A DNA stretch of 63,600 bases, filler included, from Piedraia hortae CBS 480.64 (taxonomy: Eukaryota), in NCBI GenBank assembly GCA_010093745.1. It is 3 parts of 3 records of this genome, joined end to end, with 100 filler letters (N's around TTAATTAATTAA, not from the genome) between each part and the next. Parts side by side here need not be neighbours in the genome. Positions count along the whole stretch, not along the records: positions 1 to 31,143 come from MU006055.1; 2 more parts are not named here. One strand, 5' to 3'. The notes below the pieces were generated by a model. That model worked only from the letters and a program-made list of their open reading frames with translations. It made no database searches and was not told the DNA's origin. Shown here piece after piece: positions 12,301-22,369 of the stretch; position 1 is the first letter of the stretch, and every line of letters starts with the position of its first letter. A program made the translations under genes and the position numbers.

Positions 12301-15148
12301 ACAGGTTGCCGAATCCGCGGGTTTGAATTATACGGGTCATGTCGCGAATACAATCGGCATGTTGAGCCAGCTGTATGCGTCAGATACGCATAATGCGGAG
12401 TGTGCGGCAGTTGCGTCGTCTAACATGGCGTTGGAGCTGCCCGTTACAGCTGCCATGGCGCGGGGTGTAGATGCTGTCATCAACGTCCTCGGCCCAGACC
12501 TGCAGGATATGGTCAAGGCAAGGGATATGATTCTCACAATGGTGCGGCTGTTCAGTCAGGAGGATGCCATACCTGTCCAATCGGCGGCTCTACGTTGCAT
12601 GGAACATGTATCGGTCTACGCACCGGGATACCTCGACTTTGCCCAACATGTCCAGACGTTGCAGACTGACATCGAGTCCGAGTCGGTCGAGATCTCTTCC
12701 ACTGCCCTGCACGGTCTGTCGGATCTCATGAGGAGGGATGCAACGGCTGTCGTCAAGGCAGCACGGCCGGGCCTTGAAGATGCGCTCTGGGACCGCCTCA
12801 ACTCGGAGCCATACCAGAAGAATATCAGGAGTATATTCACAAATTGGCTGGGGCAGACGGGGTCTACAGATCCCGCGGACTGGATTCAGCGGTGTAATAC
12901 CATCTTGACAAAGACAAAAGCCAGTGCGGAGCGATCTGAAGAGGAAGCGGTGCCGGACGTGCAGGATGAGGAGGTAGCCGGGTTCGCCGTTGGAGAAGCT
13001 CCCCAGGCGCCAACATCTACGCAAGAGCTTCTGCGTTGGCAAGTGCGTTTGTTCGCGCTGGAGCTGCTTTCTGATCTCATCTTCATGATCACGAAGCAAG
13101 CCCTCGTCACAGACGACAGCCCGGGGGAGCTCGCCCTGCAGAGCAAGGTAGCAGATGTGGTCCGCATTGCGTTCTCCGCCTCCACAGCGGGTGTCACCTC
13201 GTTGAGGGTGCTTGGTATGCGCATCATCCAGCAGGTTCTGGAGCTCTTTGGAAAGAGCCCCGACCCAGACTTTCCCGATGCGATGCTGCTAGAGCAGTAC
13301 CAGGCCCAGATCAGTTCCGCGCTGACGCCCGCATTCGCTACAGATTCGTCGCCTGAGCTTGCAGCCGCAGCGGTCAGCGTCTGTGCGACTTTCATCGCCA
13401 CGGGTATAGTCACAGACGTAGACCGTATGGGGAGAATACTGAAAGTGCTGGTTTCCAGCCTAGACAACTTCTCAAAAGACACAGACTGTGCGAGCATAGG
13501 CGATCTGAAGCATCTCAGTGCAAACGCGCTCGTCATGGTCCGCATGGCTGTGTTTTCGGCCTGGGCGAAGCTGCAGATTGCGTCTACAGAGCAGACATAC
13601 CTGATGCAGGTCGTTGAGCCGCACATCACGCAGCTCATGCCGCTTTGGTTGACGTCGCTGCGGGAATACTCGCATCTGCGCTTCGAGCCGGACATCTCTG
13701 CCACGCTCGGTACGCCGTCGTCTGGGGACGTGGATACCGTGTATGCTGCATTGAACAGGCAGACGCTGCTGAGATTTTATCAGTCTTCGTGGTTGAGTCT
13801 GGTCGATGCGATTGCGTCTTTGATCGATCAAGACTCAGAAGCAGTCTTCGATGCCCTAGACGATAGAGAGCCGCCGACGACGCCAAAACAGATCAACTAT
13901 CGCGAGGAGCCCGTGGCCTTCTTCTTTGTCCTCTTCGGTCTCGCTTTTGAATCCCTCGCCACGAGGTCTTCCGATGACGATATCGTCTCTCGTCAACGCA
14001 ACTTGGAGATTTTACAAGCGCTGAAACGCGTGCTTCGGCCTTCAGTATCAGGAGATGCAGTGTACCAAGAAGTTGTCTTTTCCGAAACAGTCGATCTGCT
14101 CTCACGCATGGTGCTGACCGAAAGCCTCAGCGTGCAGAGCAACGTTGTTGAGATCGCGCGGAACCTCTGCATCGTGCATCCCTCTACCCGCAGCGAAGTC
14201 TCATCCGATCTATCCGAAGAAATCGAGCAGCTCTTCGAGCTAACGAGGATCATCGTCCTCGTCCTTGGAAACCTCATCCCAGGACTCAGCGACTCCCCCG
14301 TTGCAGTGCAGGATCTCGACGCATCAGACGAAGCGACCGCTTTAGCAAAGACAGCCCTCCAGGCTCTCGTCGACGTGTCGAACGTCTTTCCCACCGTTAT
14401 AAAACTCGATCTCCATGCGGCGATCCTAAACGTCTTTGTCGCTACCCTCGCGGCGCCTACGACGCAGAAAGCGTTGGTCAAGACAACCCTGCCACTTTTC
14501 AAGTCATTTGTCGAGACCGTATCAGCCTCTGACGGGGGCGAGCTCTTAACACATGCTTTCACGCGACTAACGGGCGTCTTACGCCTAGCACAGAGGAGAG
14601 AGGGTGCGTGGTCTGTGGACTGCGAGACGAATGTCCTACTAGCACTTACCATTCTGCTTGGGAGCAAAGGGTGGGATGCTTTGCCTTGGACAGGGAGCTT
14701 CATAGCTGAGCTGGACGGCGCAGCGAGGAATCCCGTCACTGCGAGGGTGGCGCTCGGCTGTTTGCGGACACTACTTCTAGCGGGGGTAGGAGCGAGGAGG
14801 ATAGTGGAGTTGGGGATTCGATTTGTCCTCGATCCTGCCGTGGAAGGGAGGGATTTCATGACGCAGACGCTTGCACTGTATGTTGGGAAGGTGGAGACGC
14901 GGATGGTGTACATTGGTCTGCTGGTCAAAGTACTACTGGAACGGGCGAGGAGGGGGGAGAAAGTCGCGGATGAGATTCTATTTCTTGCGTCGGTTGATCA
15001 AACCACTTTCAGGGCTGTGGTGGGGGGTCTGGCGGGAGATGAGCGGTCTTCTTTGGAGCAGGTTCTGAAGGAGAGGGCGGCGGCGAATGCGGTTCGCAGA
15101 GCTTCGGATGAGAAGGAGCCAAGTATAGCTCTGAAGATGGATTTTTGA
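9332..15148 (+). CDS. LAA1: HEAT-repeat AP-1 accessory protein (Laa1/HEATR5 family)
   Basis: Intronless ORF of about 1940 aa (likely ATG 9332) with HEAT-like helices. Family-typical segments LMSLGPNFVKIHLSQLLMLWKNALP, LLEQYQAQISSALTPAF and C-terminal PSIALKMDF. Confidence 0.88.
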   Translation: MSTSPPPNPSASTSTDLDIQKLHALPSDQQRLYLLTYTTQLAERISPSTTPQTLLKCVTLSTPAPTRVMRANLARAYANLFAASSKNLYETINTLSSLLGGKEHPATQHAAATCLASIYLRHGENAVSLAPLVTSALIKSLRTQDVGLRAGAFHALTGIIQGIKGSIDEDSARAVWKACRSAAQGDKALLTQKRACECLGTVGTLTRWFDDATSVDKLVGAAWRAMESGSRDVRTEAAKTIARRLARSYAAVGTAATPAVRKQVPLRKSGVKGVKEEEGRESSSRTGSRTASPAAEKTHALSFLEVLKLLSAQYTRTTTSNRARAGIAAAYVMLFRELGEQTVERHYGEIAMHLFTELLNHPIVHVNKYRQMMTRRFVGVILEGVVGGMLGESAQLNAARFLINDVLKDYPQAIKERPEPTKQTLTGALSALTGLIDSLDSAIAAIADQCRDALLQVLKHPNFTVQVHTAHALRAFVLAHPQHLLSVVTICMNSVSRELGLLGGPRQALRQCIGHAYGLAALLSTSSHRPLYGAVDVYARVFQQATALLKSSSNSDLRISSCQVQVAWTMIGGLMSLGPNFVKIHLSQLLMLWKNALPKPGQQRNMLELSYLAHVRECALGSIKAFLTFNQKLLTADVSRRLAAMLENTVTFLQGLPERKTSEDPANRLTPAMQLQDYEMMVRARVFQCFAQLLILSPAESVEVNSIILPLAVATFSNSEYYPPSSLNAAIASAAAQFESIWDVGDNNGFGVTGLVRGLDVVDPVTRQARKHWSSREGYLHDIDRTLTSPIGCAAENDPTSCYLAESEFNPPGTEAVNSAIAVFSLCLPLQSPRIQESTLERISLSLTGTRDAARRAAITVNTAVALATASSSAKGDLSHSNTQNALTSLLHICLKDADQAVRQLTAEAIGAFCSASGNVKAEVTYLTETIVSNREPHVRAGCALALAAIHSQLGGMAAGFHMKQIVSILMSLAADTHPLVHCWALDALAQVAESAGLNYTGHVANTIGMLSQLYASDTHNAECAAVASSNMALELPVTAAMARGVDAVINVLGPDLQDMVKARDMILTMVRLFSQEDAIPVQSAALRCMEHVSVYAPGYLDFAQHVQTLQTDIESESVEISSTALHGLSDLMRRDATAVVKAARPGLEDALWDRLNSEPYQKNIRSIFTNWLGQTGSTDPADWIQRCNTILTKTKASAERSEEEAVPDVQDEEVAGFAVGEAPQAPTSTQELLRWQVRLFALELLSDLIFMITKQALVTDDSPGELALQSKVADVVRIAFSASTAGVTSLRVLGMRIIQQVLELFGKSPDPDFPDAMLLEQYQAQISSALTPAFATDSSPELAAAAVSVCATFIATGIVTDVDRMGRILKVLVSSLDNFSKDTDCASIGDLKHLSANALVMVRMAVFSAWAKLQIASTEQTYLMQVVEPHITQLMPLWLTSLREYSHLRFEPDISATLGTPSSGDVDTVYAALNRQTLLRFYQSSWLSLVDAIASLIDQDSEAVFDALDDREPPTTPKQINYREEPVAFFFVLFGLAFESLATRSSDDDIVSRQRNLEILQALKRVLRPSVSGDAVYQEVVFSETVDLLSRMVLTESLSVQSNVVEIARNLCIVHPSTRSEVSSDLSEEIEQLFELTRIIVLVLGNLIPGLSDSPVAVQDLDASDEATALAKTALQALVDVSNVFPTVIKLDLHAAILNVFVATLAAPTTQKALVKTTLPLFKSFVETVSASDGGELLTHAFTRLTGVLRLAQRREGAWSVDCETNVLLALTILLGSKGWDALPWTGSFIAELDGAARNPVTARVALGCLRTLLLAGVGARRIVELGIRFVLDPAVEGRDFMTQTLALYVGKVETRMVYIGLLVKVLLERARRGEKVADEILFLASVDQTTFRAVVGGLAGDERSSLEQVLKERAAANAVRRASDEKEPSIALKMDF

Positions 15149-15260
15149 AAAGCAAGGTGATTCTTGCAACGATGCAGCATGATGAATGTTTATTGACCAC
15201 AGGCTGATGCAGAAGCGCACTGCATTCGATACCACAGAATGGAGTTCAGACTTTATACAC

Positions 15261-16214
15261 CTACCACTTAACAGTCTGCATCTCCATTTCCGGCGGTGCA
15301 GCCTCCTCTTCATACTCGATTGTCATCTTCGGCCCCTTCTTGCGCTGCCCCTTCATCTTATCTTTACGTTTGCGTTTGTTTCCCGTCTCCTCATCACCCT
15401 CCCCACCCTCCCCACCCTCCCCATCCTCTCCATCCTCCTCATCCCCACTATCCCCTGAAAACCAATCCTCCAAGTCCTCATCCGAATCCTCACCCTCAAC
15501 ATACTCAACCTGCGCATCCTTCTCATACTCCACCTCATGTTCCTCCTCCTCCTCCTCCTCCTCCTCCCCCTCCTCCGCCTCAACCATCGAATCAAGCACC
15601 TTCTCCCACACCTTCTCGTCACAATTGAGCGGCACCTCACCATAAACCCCACTCTTCAACCTCTCCACCAACTCCTTTTCAATCGCACGTTCCACCTTCG
15701 CAGCAGCAACAGCCCTCCTCTCCCGCCCCTCCTCCCTCCTCCTAACCTTCGGCGCCAGGCGTCCCACGACCCTCTCCCCCAATCTCTCCTGCTCCTTGAC
15801 CAACCTCCTCTCCCTCGCCCTAACCTGCACCAACCTCGTAAGCCGTTGCAAACACCGATTAACCGCGCCCCCATTCCAATGCGCCAAGCGCGTCTGAACC
15901 TCCTCAACCGCCTTCGTATAATTATCGCTTAATCTAATCCGCTCCCACCATCTCTTTGGGAGATGCGCCCGCTCAGGTTCTTTGATGTAGAGGTATATCC
16001 GCCCCGTGGCGGGGTCGGTGCGGACGGTAGCGTAGCGCGAGTTGGCGATGGGACAGGTCTGGCGCGAACAGACGCCCGTGAGGTTGTACTCGTTGCGGCA
16101 GAACGTGGATGCGCCGCCGACGTGGCCCCGCCCGCGCGTGCGGTTGGGGAGCGTGAGTTTGAAGGAGCAGAATTGCGTGTTGATTATTTGCCAGGTTATC
16201 TCGTCGGAGGACAT
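15261..16214 (-). CDS. MAK16: Ribosome biogenesis protein Mak16
   Basis: MSSDEITWQIINTQFCSFK...FCRNEYNLTGVCSRQTCPIANSRYATVR, ERAHLP, IEKELVERLKSGVYG, and an acidic tail ending IEYEEE. Confidence 0.95.
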   Translation of the reverse strand: MSSDEITWQIINTQFCSFKLTLPNRTRGRGHVGGASTFCRNEYNLTGVCSRQTCPIANSRYATVRTDPATGRIYLYIKEPERAHLPKRWWERIRLSDNYTKAVEEVQTRLAHWNGGAVNRCLQRLTRLVQVRARERRLVKEQERLGERVVGRLAPKVRRREEGRERRAVAAAKVERAIEKELVERLKSGVYGEVPLNCDEKVWEKVLDSMVEAEEGEEEEEEEEEHEVEYEKDAQVEYVEGEDSDEDLEDWFSGDSGDEEDGEDGEGGEGGEGDEETGNKRKRKDKMKGQRKKGPKMTIEYEEEAAPPEMEMQTVKW

Positions 16215-16379
16215 TGTGGTGGGTTGGTCGTTGGCGGAGGGAAATTTTTGGGGTGTGGGCGCGCTAGGAAGGGGGGGCTAGGCTGGGTTGGGTTAGTGCG
16301 GTGATGTCGGTTGGTTATCTGGAGGGAGGGAGGGAGGGAGGGAGGCAGAAGCGGACGTGGAGGGTAGCATGGAACCAGA

Positions 16380-19046
16380 ATGGTGATGATGCGTGCACAG
16401 TTGTGTAGAGCGAGCTGTTGGCCGGCCGGCCAGGCTGGTGTTTTAGACCGAGCTTGGCGGTTTGGTGGTTCGTGTAGGCCGGCGCATTCTCTCGCGCATT
16501 CTCTCGCGCCTTCACTGCGTGGGGGCTGTATGACTACCGGTCGAGCCACAATCGATCCGAACCTTGCCGGACTGAGACACGCAACGACAGAAGCCGGCGA
16601 GAACAAGACAGGCCACATCACGCTGACGCCGCGGGAGTCGATCCTCTTCTTCGGCAACTTGCTTCCTATAGACATCCAATGGCTCTTCCGCTACCTACGG
16701 ACTTCATCCTTCCAACGCCTCGGTGCTGCGTCGCCGCGTCACGTCCTCGAGGATGCGGTCAGAACGAACAACTTGGGCATCACCCATGTTTCGGTCGTCG
16801 AGGTCCTGCCGCGGCTCAAAGAGGGCGGTGCATTCGTCAAGTTCGCCCACGACGAGCATTCAGATCCCGCTACCATCTCCGAAGCGGTGAGGGTGTACTT
16901 GAAGAACCAGAGGATACGACCCTGGTGGAACCCCCTCAGGAGGGTCAAGGCGAGCTTGGTGGTAGGGAAGCCTTGGCTCGAGGATCTCTATCGCTTGCCC
17001 TCCAGGAGACTCATGGTGGAGTTCCTGCCCACGAATCCCGCTGCAACCGCGGCGGAACTCAGCCCCGAGCAGCTGTATTCGTTCTTCAGGCCGTACGGCA
17101 AACTTGCTGAGATTGTTCCGCAGCCGGCAGATTCAAAGGTCCTGCCAAGGTTTGCGTATCTTGATTTCTCGCATAGGGATCGGGCGGTTCTTGCCAAGAA
17201 CTGTCTCCATGGATACACTGTTCGTGAGGACGAGGGGGGAGGCAAGGACGGCACCGTCCTGCGATTGACGTACCACAAGAAGAGCCGCTTCAGGTGGGCA
17301 AAGGACTTTTTCCTGAATCATCCGCGTATTGTGGTGCCGCTTCTCGCTGCGCTGGTTGCGGGCATCAGTATTGCCATCTTTGATCCTATAAGGACGGCGA
17401 GCATCAAGGCTCACATCAGAGGTCATTCTTTGGGCAAGTGGCTACACCGTGGACGAGATTTCATCGTCTCGGCTGCCAAAACGCAGCTACGTCTGGGGGA
17501 TAACACCAACCAGAGTGCCGTGTTATGGGCAGACCGCGAGGACGAGATATCTACCATCCGTGCTTGGTTGATGGAGAGCACCGAGACGTTCAATATCGTC
17601 TACGGCCCCCGAGGCTCAGGCAAACGCGAACTCGTCCTCGACCACGCCTTGTCCGAGAAACACGATGCGAAGAAGCTCCTCGTCGTAGACTGTAAACCAA
17701 TGCTTGAAGCCCGCAGCGACTCCACCGTCATCCTCGCGGCGGCAAACCAGGTCGGCTACCGCCCCGTGTTCTCCTGGATGAACAGCATCTCAGGCCTCAT
17801 CGATCTTGCCGCACAGGGCGTAACGGGCGTCAAGGCCGGCTTCTCCGAGACGCTGGAGACGCAACTTAACAAGATCTGGCTCAACACGGCCGTGGCACTG
17901 AAACAAATCGCACTCTCGCAAAAAGAAGGCGAATCTACCGACGACGAATGGCTCCTCTCCCACCCCGAAGCCCGCCCCGTCGTCGTAATCGATAACTTCC
18001 TCTTCCGCACATCCTCTTCCGAAGGCAGCAAAGACATGATTAACCAAAAACTCGCCTCCTGGGCCGCAGACCTGACAACCACAAACGTCGCGCACGTAAT
18101 CTTCCTTACCGACGACGTTGCCTTTGGCAAGACGCTAGCAGCTGCCCTCCCCGGTCGTGTCTTTCGCCATCTCACCCTCGGAGACTGCGAAACCGAAACC
18201 GCACTCCGCTACGTCCACGGCCAACTCGAGGAGAACTCTAATCACCACCACACGCTCCTCCACCACGATAGCAGCCCTGCTTCCGACGAAAAACCCCAGG
18301 TCGATCTATCAACCCTCCCCCAGTCCATCGCCACGCTCGGCGGCCGCCTCTCCGATCTCGAATTTCTAAGCCGCAGGATCCGAGCGGGCGAAACCCCCGA
18401 ACATGCCGTACGCGAGATCATAAGCATCGCCGCTGCGGAGATTACGAAGATGTTCCTTCTCCCTGGTCCCCAGCGGGGGTTTACAGAGGGTCAAGCATGG
18501 ACGATCGTTCGCTCGCTTGCTAGCGATCAACAAACCCATCAGAATCCTAACGCCCACCCGTCATGGAACCCCTTCCAGCTCAAACCCTCCACGGAGACTG
18601 ATCCAAGTGGGGTGGATCCCTCGGCCCCGCGGATAGGATATCACACCATCCTCCTCACCCCACCGTTCAAGACAGCAGGCGAAGCAGCCCTCGCCGCTTT
18701 GGAGCAAGCAGAACTCATTACGATCGAATACTCCGACGGCCGACCGGCCTCCATCCGCCCCGGGCGGCCAGTCTATTCCGCTGTGTTCGCGAAGCTGGTC
18801 AAGGATCCGGTTCTCAGTGCGAGGATGGATCTGGGGTTGGTGGGAGAGAGGATTAAGGCTGAAGAGAAGAAGGTTGAGGCTGCGGAGGAGGAGCTGAAGT
18901 TGATTGGGGGCTTGGCGAGGAGGGCGAGGGGGTTGGAGGGTAGGGTGGAGTACCTTGTTCAGAAAGTGGATAAGGCGCAGAGGAGTGTGGTGCAGTTGGA
19001 GGGAAGGGAGGATAAATTGAGGGGGGTGTTGGAGAGGGAGGGGTGA
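16380..19046 (+). CDS. YME2: Mitochondrial escape protein 2 (RRM + RNA12 domain)
   Basis: Arg-rich presequence, PRLKEGGAFVKF, LYSFFRPYGKL (RRM), TM segment after HPRIV, GPRGSGK, QVGYRPVFSWMNSIS, LGGRLSDLEFLSRR. Confidence 0.93.
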   Translation: MVMMRAQLCRASCWPAGQAGVLDRAWRFGGSCRPAHSLAHSLAPSLRGGCMTTGRATIDPNLAGLRHATTEAGENKTGHITLTPRESILFFGNLLPIDIQWLFRYLRTSSFQRLGAASPRHVLEDAVRTNNLGITHVSVVEVLPRLKEGGAFVKFAHDEHSDPATISEAVRVYLKNQRIRPWWNPLRRVKASLVVGKPWLEDLYRLPSRRLMVEFLPTNPAATAAELSPEQLYSFFRPYGKLAEIVPQPADSKVLPRFAYLDFSHRDRAVLAKNCLHGYTVREDEGGGKDGTVLRLTYHKKSRFRWAKDFFLNHPRIVVPLLAALVAGISIAIFDPIRTASIKAHIRGHSLGKWLHRGRDFIVSAAKTQLRLGDNTNQSAVLWADREDEISTIRAWLMESTETFNIVYGPRGSGKRELVLDHALSEKHDAKKLLVVDCKPMLEARSDSTVILAAANQVGYRPVFSWMNSISGLIDLAAQGVTGVKAGFSETLETQLNKIWLNTAVALKQIALSQKEGESTDDEWLLSHPEARPVVVIDNFLFRTSSSEGSKDMINQKLASWAADLTTTNVAHVIFLTDDVAFGKTLAAALPGRVFRHLTLGDCETETALRYVHGQLEENSNHHHTLLHHDSSPASDEKPQVDLSTLPQSIATLGGRLSDLEFLSRRIRAGETPEHAVREIISIAAAEITKMFLLPGPQRGFTEGQAWTIVRSLASDQQTHQNPNAHPSWNPFQLKPSTETDPSGVDPSAPRIGYHTILLTPPFKTAGEAALAALEQAELITIEYSDGRPASIRPGRPVYSAVFAKLVKDPVLSARMDLGLVGERIKAEEKKVEAAEEELKLIGGLARRARGLEGRVEYLVQKVDKAQRSVVQLEGREDKLRGVLEREG

Positions 19047-20321
19047 GGTTGTGATGGGGAGGTGGGGGTTGGGTTTGGGTTTGGGTTTGGAAGGGTTTGT
19101 TGTGGGATGATGGCGAAGGGGATGAAGCTGTACCTATGCTGTAGTCTAGCCTCGGTTATATTCTTGTAATCTGGAGTCGTTTGGCTATTCTAACATTCGA
19201 GGGGGGGATGGTGGTCTCGATCCATGTACATGGGACATTCGCTTCGAGTCAGGAGGTTCGTCATACTCGTAATCCTCCGCTTCACGATCTTGTTTTCACT
19301 AAAGAGTGTCGTGCTGCTAACGATAACGAAATACATTCAGACTGTCCTTCAATCAGTTCTACCCCGAATTGCAAGTTTGGAGATTGGTTATAGCCGAGCA
19401 ATCTGGCACAAGAATCCTGTCCGCTATAACAAGGTTCCGCTGTGTCCATGCTCATAGTCATGCTTTGAAAAACTCGCAGCAATAGCTAGATGCTCTAAGT
19501 CTATCATTGTCTTTTGTTTTGGGCAGCAGCATGCTCCACAAGTCGTGGAGCACTCGCTGCTCGCTGGTGTCCGTATTATGTCGTTCTGCCTAGCGGTTCG
19601 GCCCGTTGCAGGACCCCTGCATGTTGTGACATTCAGCATGTCTGAAATGACAAGTAGGGTCAGTTGCTGCTGGAGCGTTTTAAACCACGGCTGGATGCCG
19701 GCTGTTCAGGTTTTCTTCCAGGTCTAATGGAAGTAGGAAGAGCCACACACTTGAATGACCAAACATTCCACATATATCCACAGCGTGCTGAAGCTGCACT
19801 TCGGCAAAGCAATATACACAACACTTTTTTTTCAGTAGCGCCTCGAATTACAGTTGGGTCTAGTCCTGGCAGAAACTCAAGTGTGTACCGGCGTGCGCTT
19901 GATCGAGGTGTAATAGCGCAACCCCCTTGAACAACGAAACTGTCGCAGTCCATGACATTGACGCAAAAGTTGATCACGCTGGACGAACACCTTGCTGCAA
20001 ATGCCGACGTTTGAAGATCAAGATGGCAACACACTTGACCTGGTCACTGTTGTATAAAGAACCTGGACTGCACAATCTACATGAAACCCGAAGCCTAACC
20101 CACATCACATTGCCACTTTTATTCCCACAAAGAAAGAACAAAGACCCATTGAATAGGATGACAAAGCGCATTCACCAGATTAGCGTCTGTAACCCGCAAG
20201 GACATTCATACTGCCCTCCAATTGGTGACGAAGGGATATCTGAACACCATAAACAAAACGCGCGCGTCTTACATACCCCACACCTATCCATATAACTTTG
20301 CACATATTCGACCCTGTAATA

Positions 20322-20897
20322 ATGGACGCACCATTCTTTCGCGGCCGCCTCCCAGCTATTGAATGCTTCCTGGGGGAAACCTATAGCTCGTACTCGATTG
20401 GCAGCATAGAGCATTACAACGAAGTAGAATTCTTTCTTAAAGGACTTCGCGTCATCAAAAACTACTTTCAAGCCCACTGGGAGAATCTCCGCGACCGGTT
20501 CGCCAGGATACCCGAGGGTTTCTCCCACGAAGACGTGGACTTGTTCTCTGGGCTGTGGTGTGCCTTTGAATTCAGCGAAGATAGCGACAACAATGTACAA
20601 GCATTCAATGACGTTGAGGATCTGCTCATGCGCGGTGAACGGGCACTCGGCCAGGATACCCCTGTAGGGGCTGAGACGTTGCTCAACTCCGCCGCAGAAA
20701 AACTCCGGAAGCAGCTGGAATTCCTCAACAACTCAGACGCAAGCGTTAGGGTCTACGAAGCAGCGTATGCCAAAGCCCAACGGCAACAAATGGTCCAGCT
20801 GCAGGACATGATGGCCGATATGAATCTTGCAAGAAACCAGATAAATTGGGCTCAAGAGCTGGAAGAGACTATGGCTCAATTGAACATCAGTCGGTAG
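20322..20897 (+). CDS. Hypothetical protein, about 191 aa, predicted helical
   Basis: Clean ORF from ATG 20322 with protein-like composition. No family recognised. Confidence 0.5.
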   Translation: MDAPFFRGRLPAIECFLGETYSSYSIGSIEHYNEVEFFLKGLRVIKNYFQAHWENLRDRFARIPEGFSHEDVDLFSGLWCAFEFSEDSDNNVQAFNDVEDLLMRGERALGQDTPVGAETLLNSAAEKLRKQLEFLNNSDASVRVYEAAYAKAQRQQMVQLQDMMADMNLARNQINWAQELEETMAQLNISR

Positions 20898-21545
20898 TCT
20901 ATGCTTGGATCCATCAATTCCTTCATCTCTATTACATTGTTACACTGAATTCGCGGTTTAGGGCGTGCATTGCTGCTCTGCAACTAGGCTTAGCAGTTTG
21001 ACTTGATGCGGCACCTTGTCCATGGTGACTCTTGGCACACACGGTACACGTCGGCCTCAGAGATGTGAGAAATGCTGTTCGGCTTTTGGTATCCCCGTTG
21101 TTATGGGCCTGCCTCCACAACTCAGAGAGAGAGAGAGAGAGCGGGCCGCAACCACTAATAGAGAATGCGGGGTCTTTAGATGACGCGAGGTACACAGGAT
21201 ACTTGGCTCCACCCAGCTGACCTCCTATCTAAACGAGCAGAAACAGAGCAACGGAGAGTCTGTCTTTGGGTTATGGTTTACCAGTGCATTGTCTGAACAC
21301 AATTACCTTGCATGACATATGACACATGGCCTAGGTGCTGGCCCGACTAAAACCCGAACCCATCGGCCCTTCAAGGTATAGAAGATGGTATGGGATATGA
21401 TGATACCTCTCGATCCATTGCTGCGCTTGTTACCCGCAGACATCTGGCAATAATTTGGTCAAGCAACTCAACGGCGTCTTTCACAATCGAATATTTGTAC
21501 ATACTCGATGATCGAACACAGAGCAAGCATAGCTGCTACGCACTC

Positions 21546-22369
21546 TCAACGCCGGGTACGAACCCTTTTGCACTGCCTTTCCCTATCACGAAAGGAGTAT
21601 CGAGGAGCAGGTGACTTTTCTTTTCGTATATCATCTGGTTGAGCAGACGACTTCTCTGATTGGGGTGAAAAATCATCCACGTTCTCCCTCTTTCGATTCT
21701 TCTGTATACTATCAAGTGCAACCGTGTTCCCTACCTTAAACCGAGAGTTCCTAACGCGGTCCTGAACCGCTTGGGGATTAATACGACGGGCAATTCTTGC
21801 AACGCGATTGCTGAAGGAATCAGTCTTTGCACCTCTTTTTTTTTTCCCCCACCCGTGCGGACTTACCGCCCAACGATTCGCAAATGAGGATATTGCCTCC
21901 TGATATAATCATAGAGCTCATTACGATTGAGCCCCGTTACCTTTTTATCCTTCAACTCCCTTTCCAGTACTTCTTCGATATTTTGATCCACCTCGTCCTC
22001 TTCGTACGGCATCGTCCGCTTGTACAGGCCCATTTCCTTCCTGATCTTGGCAACCACGCGTGCCGAGACTTTGTAACCATTTTCACTGAGCATTTCTGCC
22101 ATCTCTGCATCCGTCAGTCGTGTGTTGGTGTGCATGGCTCTGATTTCAGCTGATATATTTTGCTGACTGGGATCCTGAGCTTTCAGGGGGGGGTTACTCT
22201 TGCGGATGCCCCACTCCTTTAGCCTACGACGTAGCGTGCAGTCGCTTACTTTGAGATCATGAGTCTTTCTGAGCATTCGTATGACTTCTTTGACGGTGAA
22301 GTCTTCGTTCGTTATCAGATGCGCGACGCGATCCCGCCATTCGTCCAGATCGAGCCGTGGCGCCGGCAT
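21546..22369 (-). CDS. Clr5-domain/HTH protein, about 255 aa, 2 exons; resembles the N-terminal half of fungal Clr5-integrase-core transposase-like proteins
   Basis: MPAPRLDLDEWRDRVAHL...VSDCTLRRRLKEWGIRK. Intron 21866-21811 (GTAAGT...CTGAT...CAG) joins to exon 21810-21546 (NRVARIARRINPQAVQDR...RVRTRR*). Confidence 0.7.

Noticed and set aside
9595..14928. Long antisense ORFs inside LAA1 (and similarly inside myosin and YME2)
   Set aside because: Expected shadows of GC-rich coding sequence, with no motifs.
19064..19098. (GGGTTT)n as telomeric repeat
   Set aside because: Only a few units, internal, directly after the YME2 stop, and not TTAGGG. Treated as a microsatellite.
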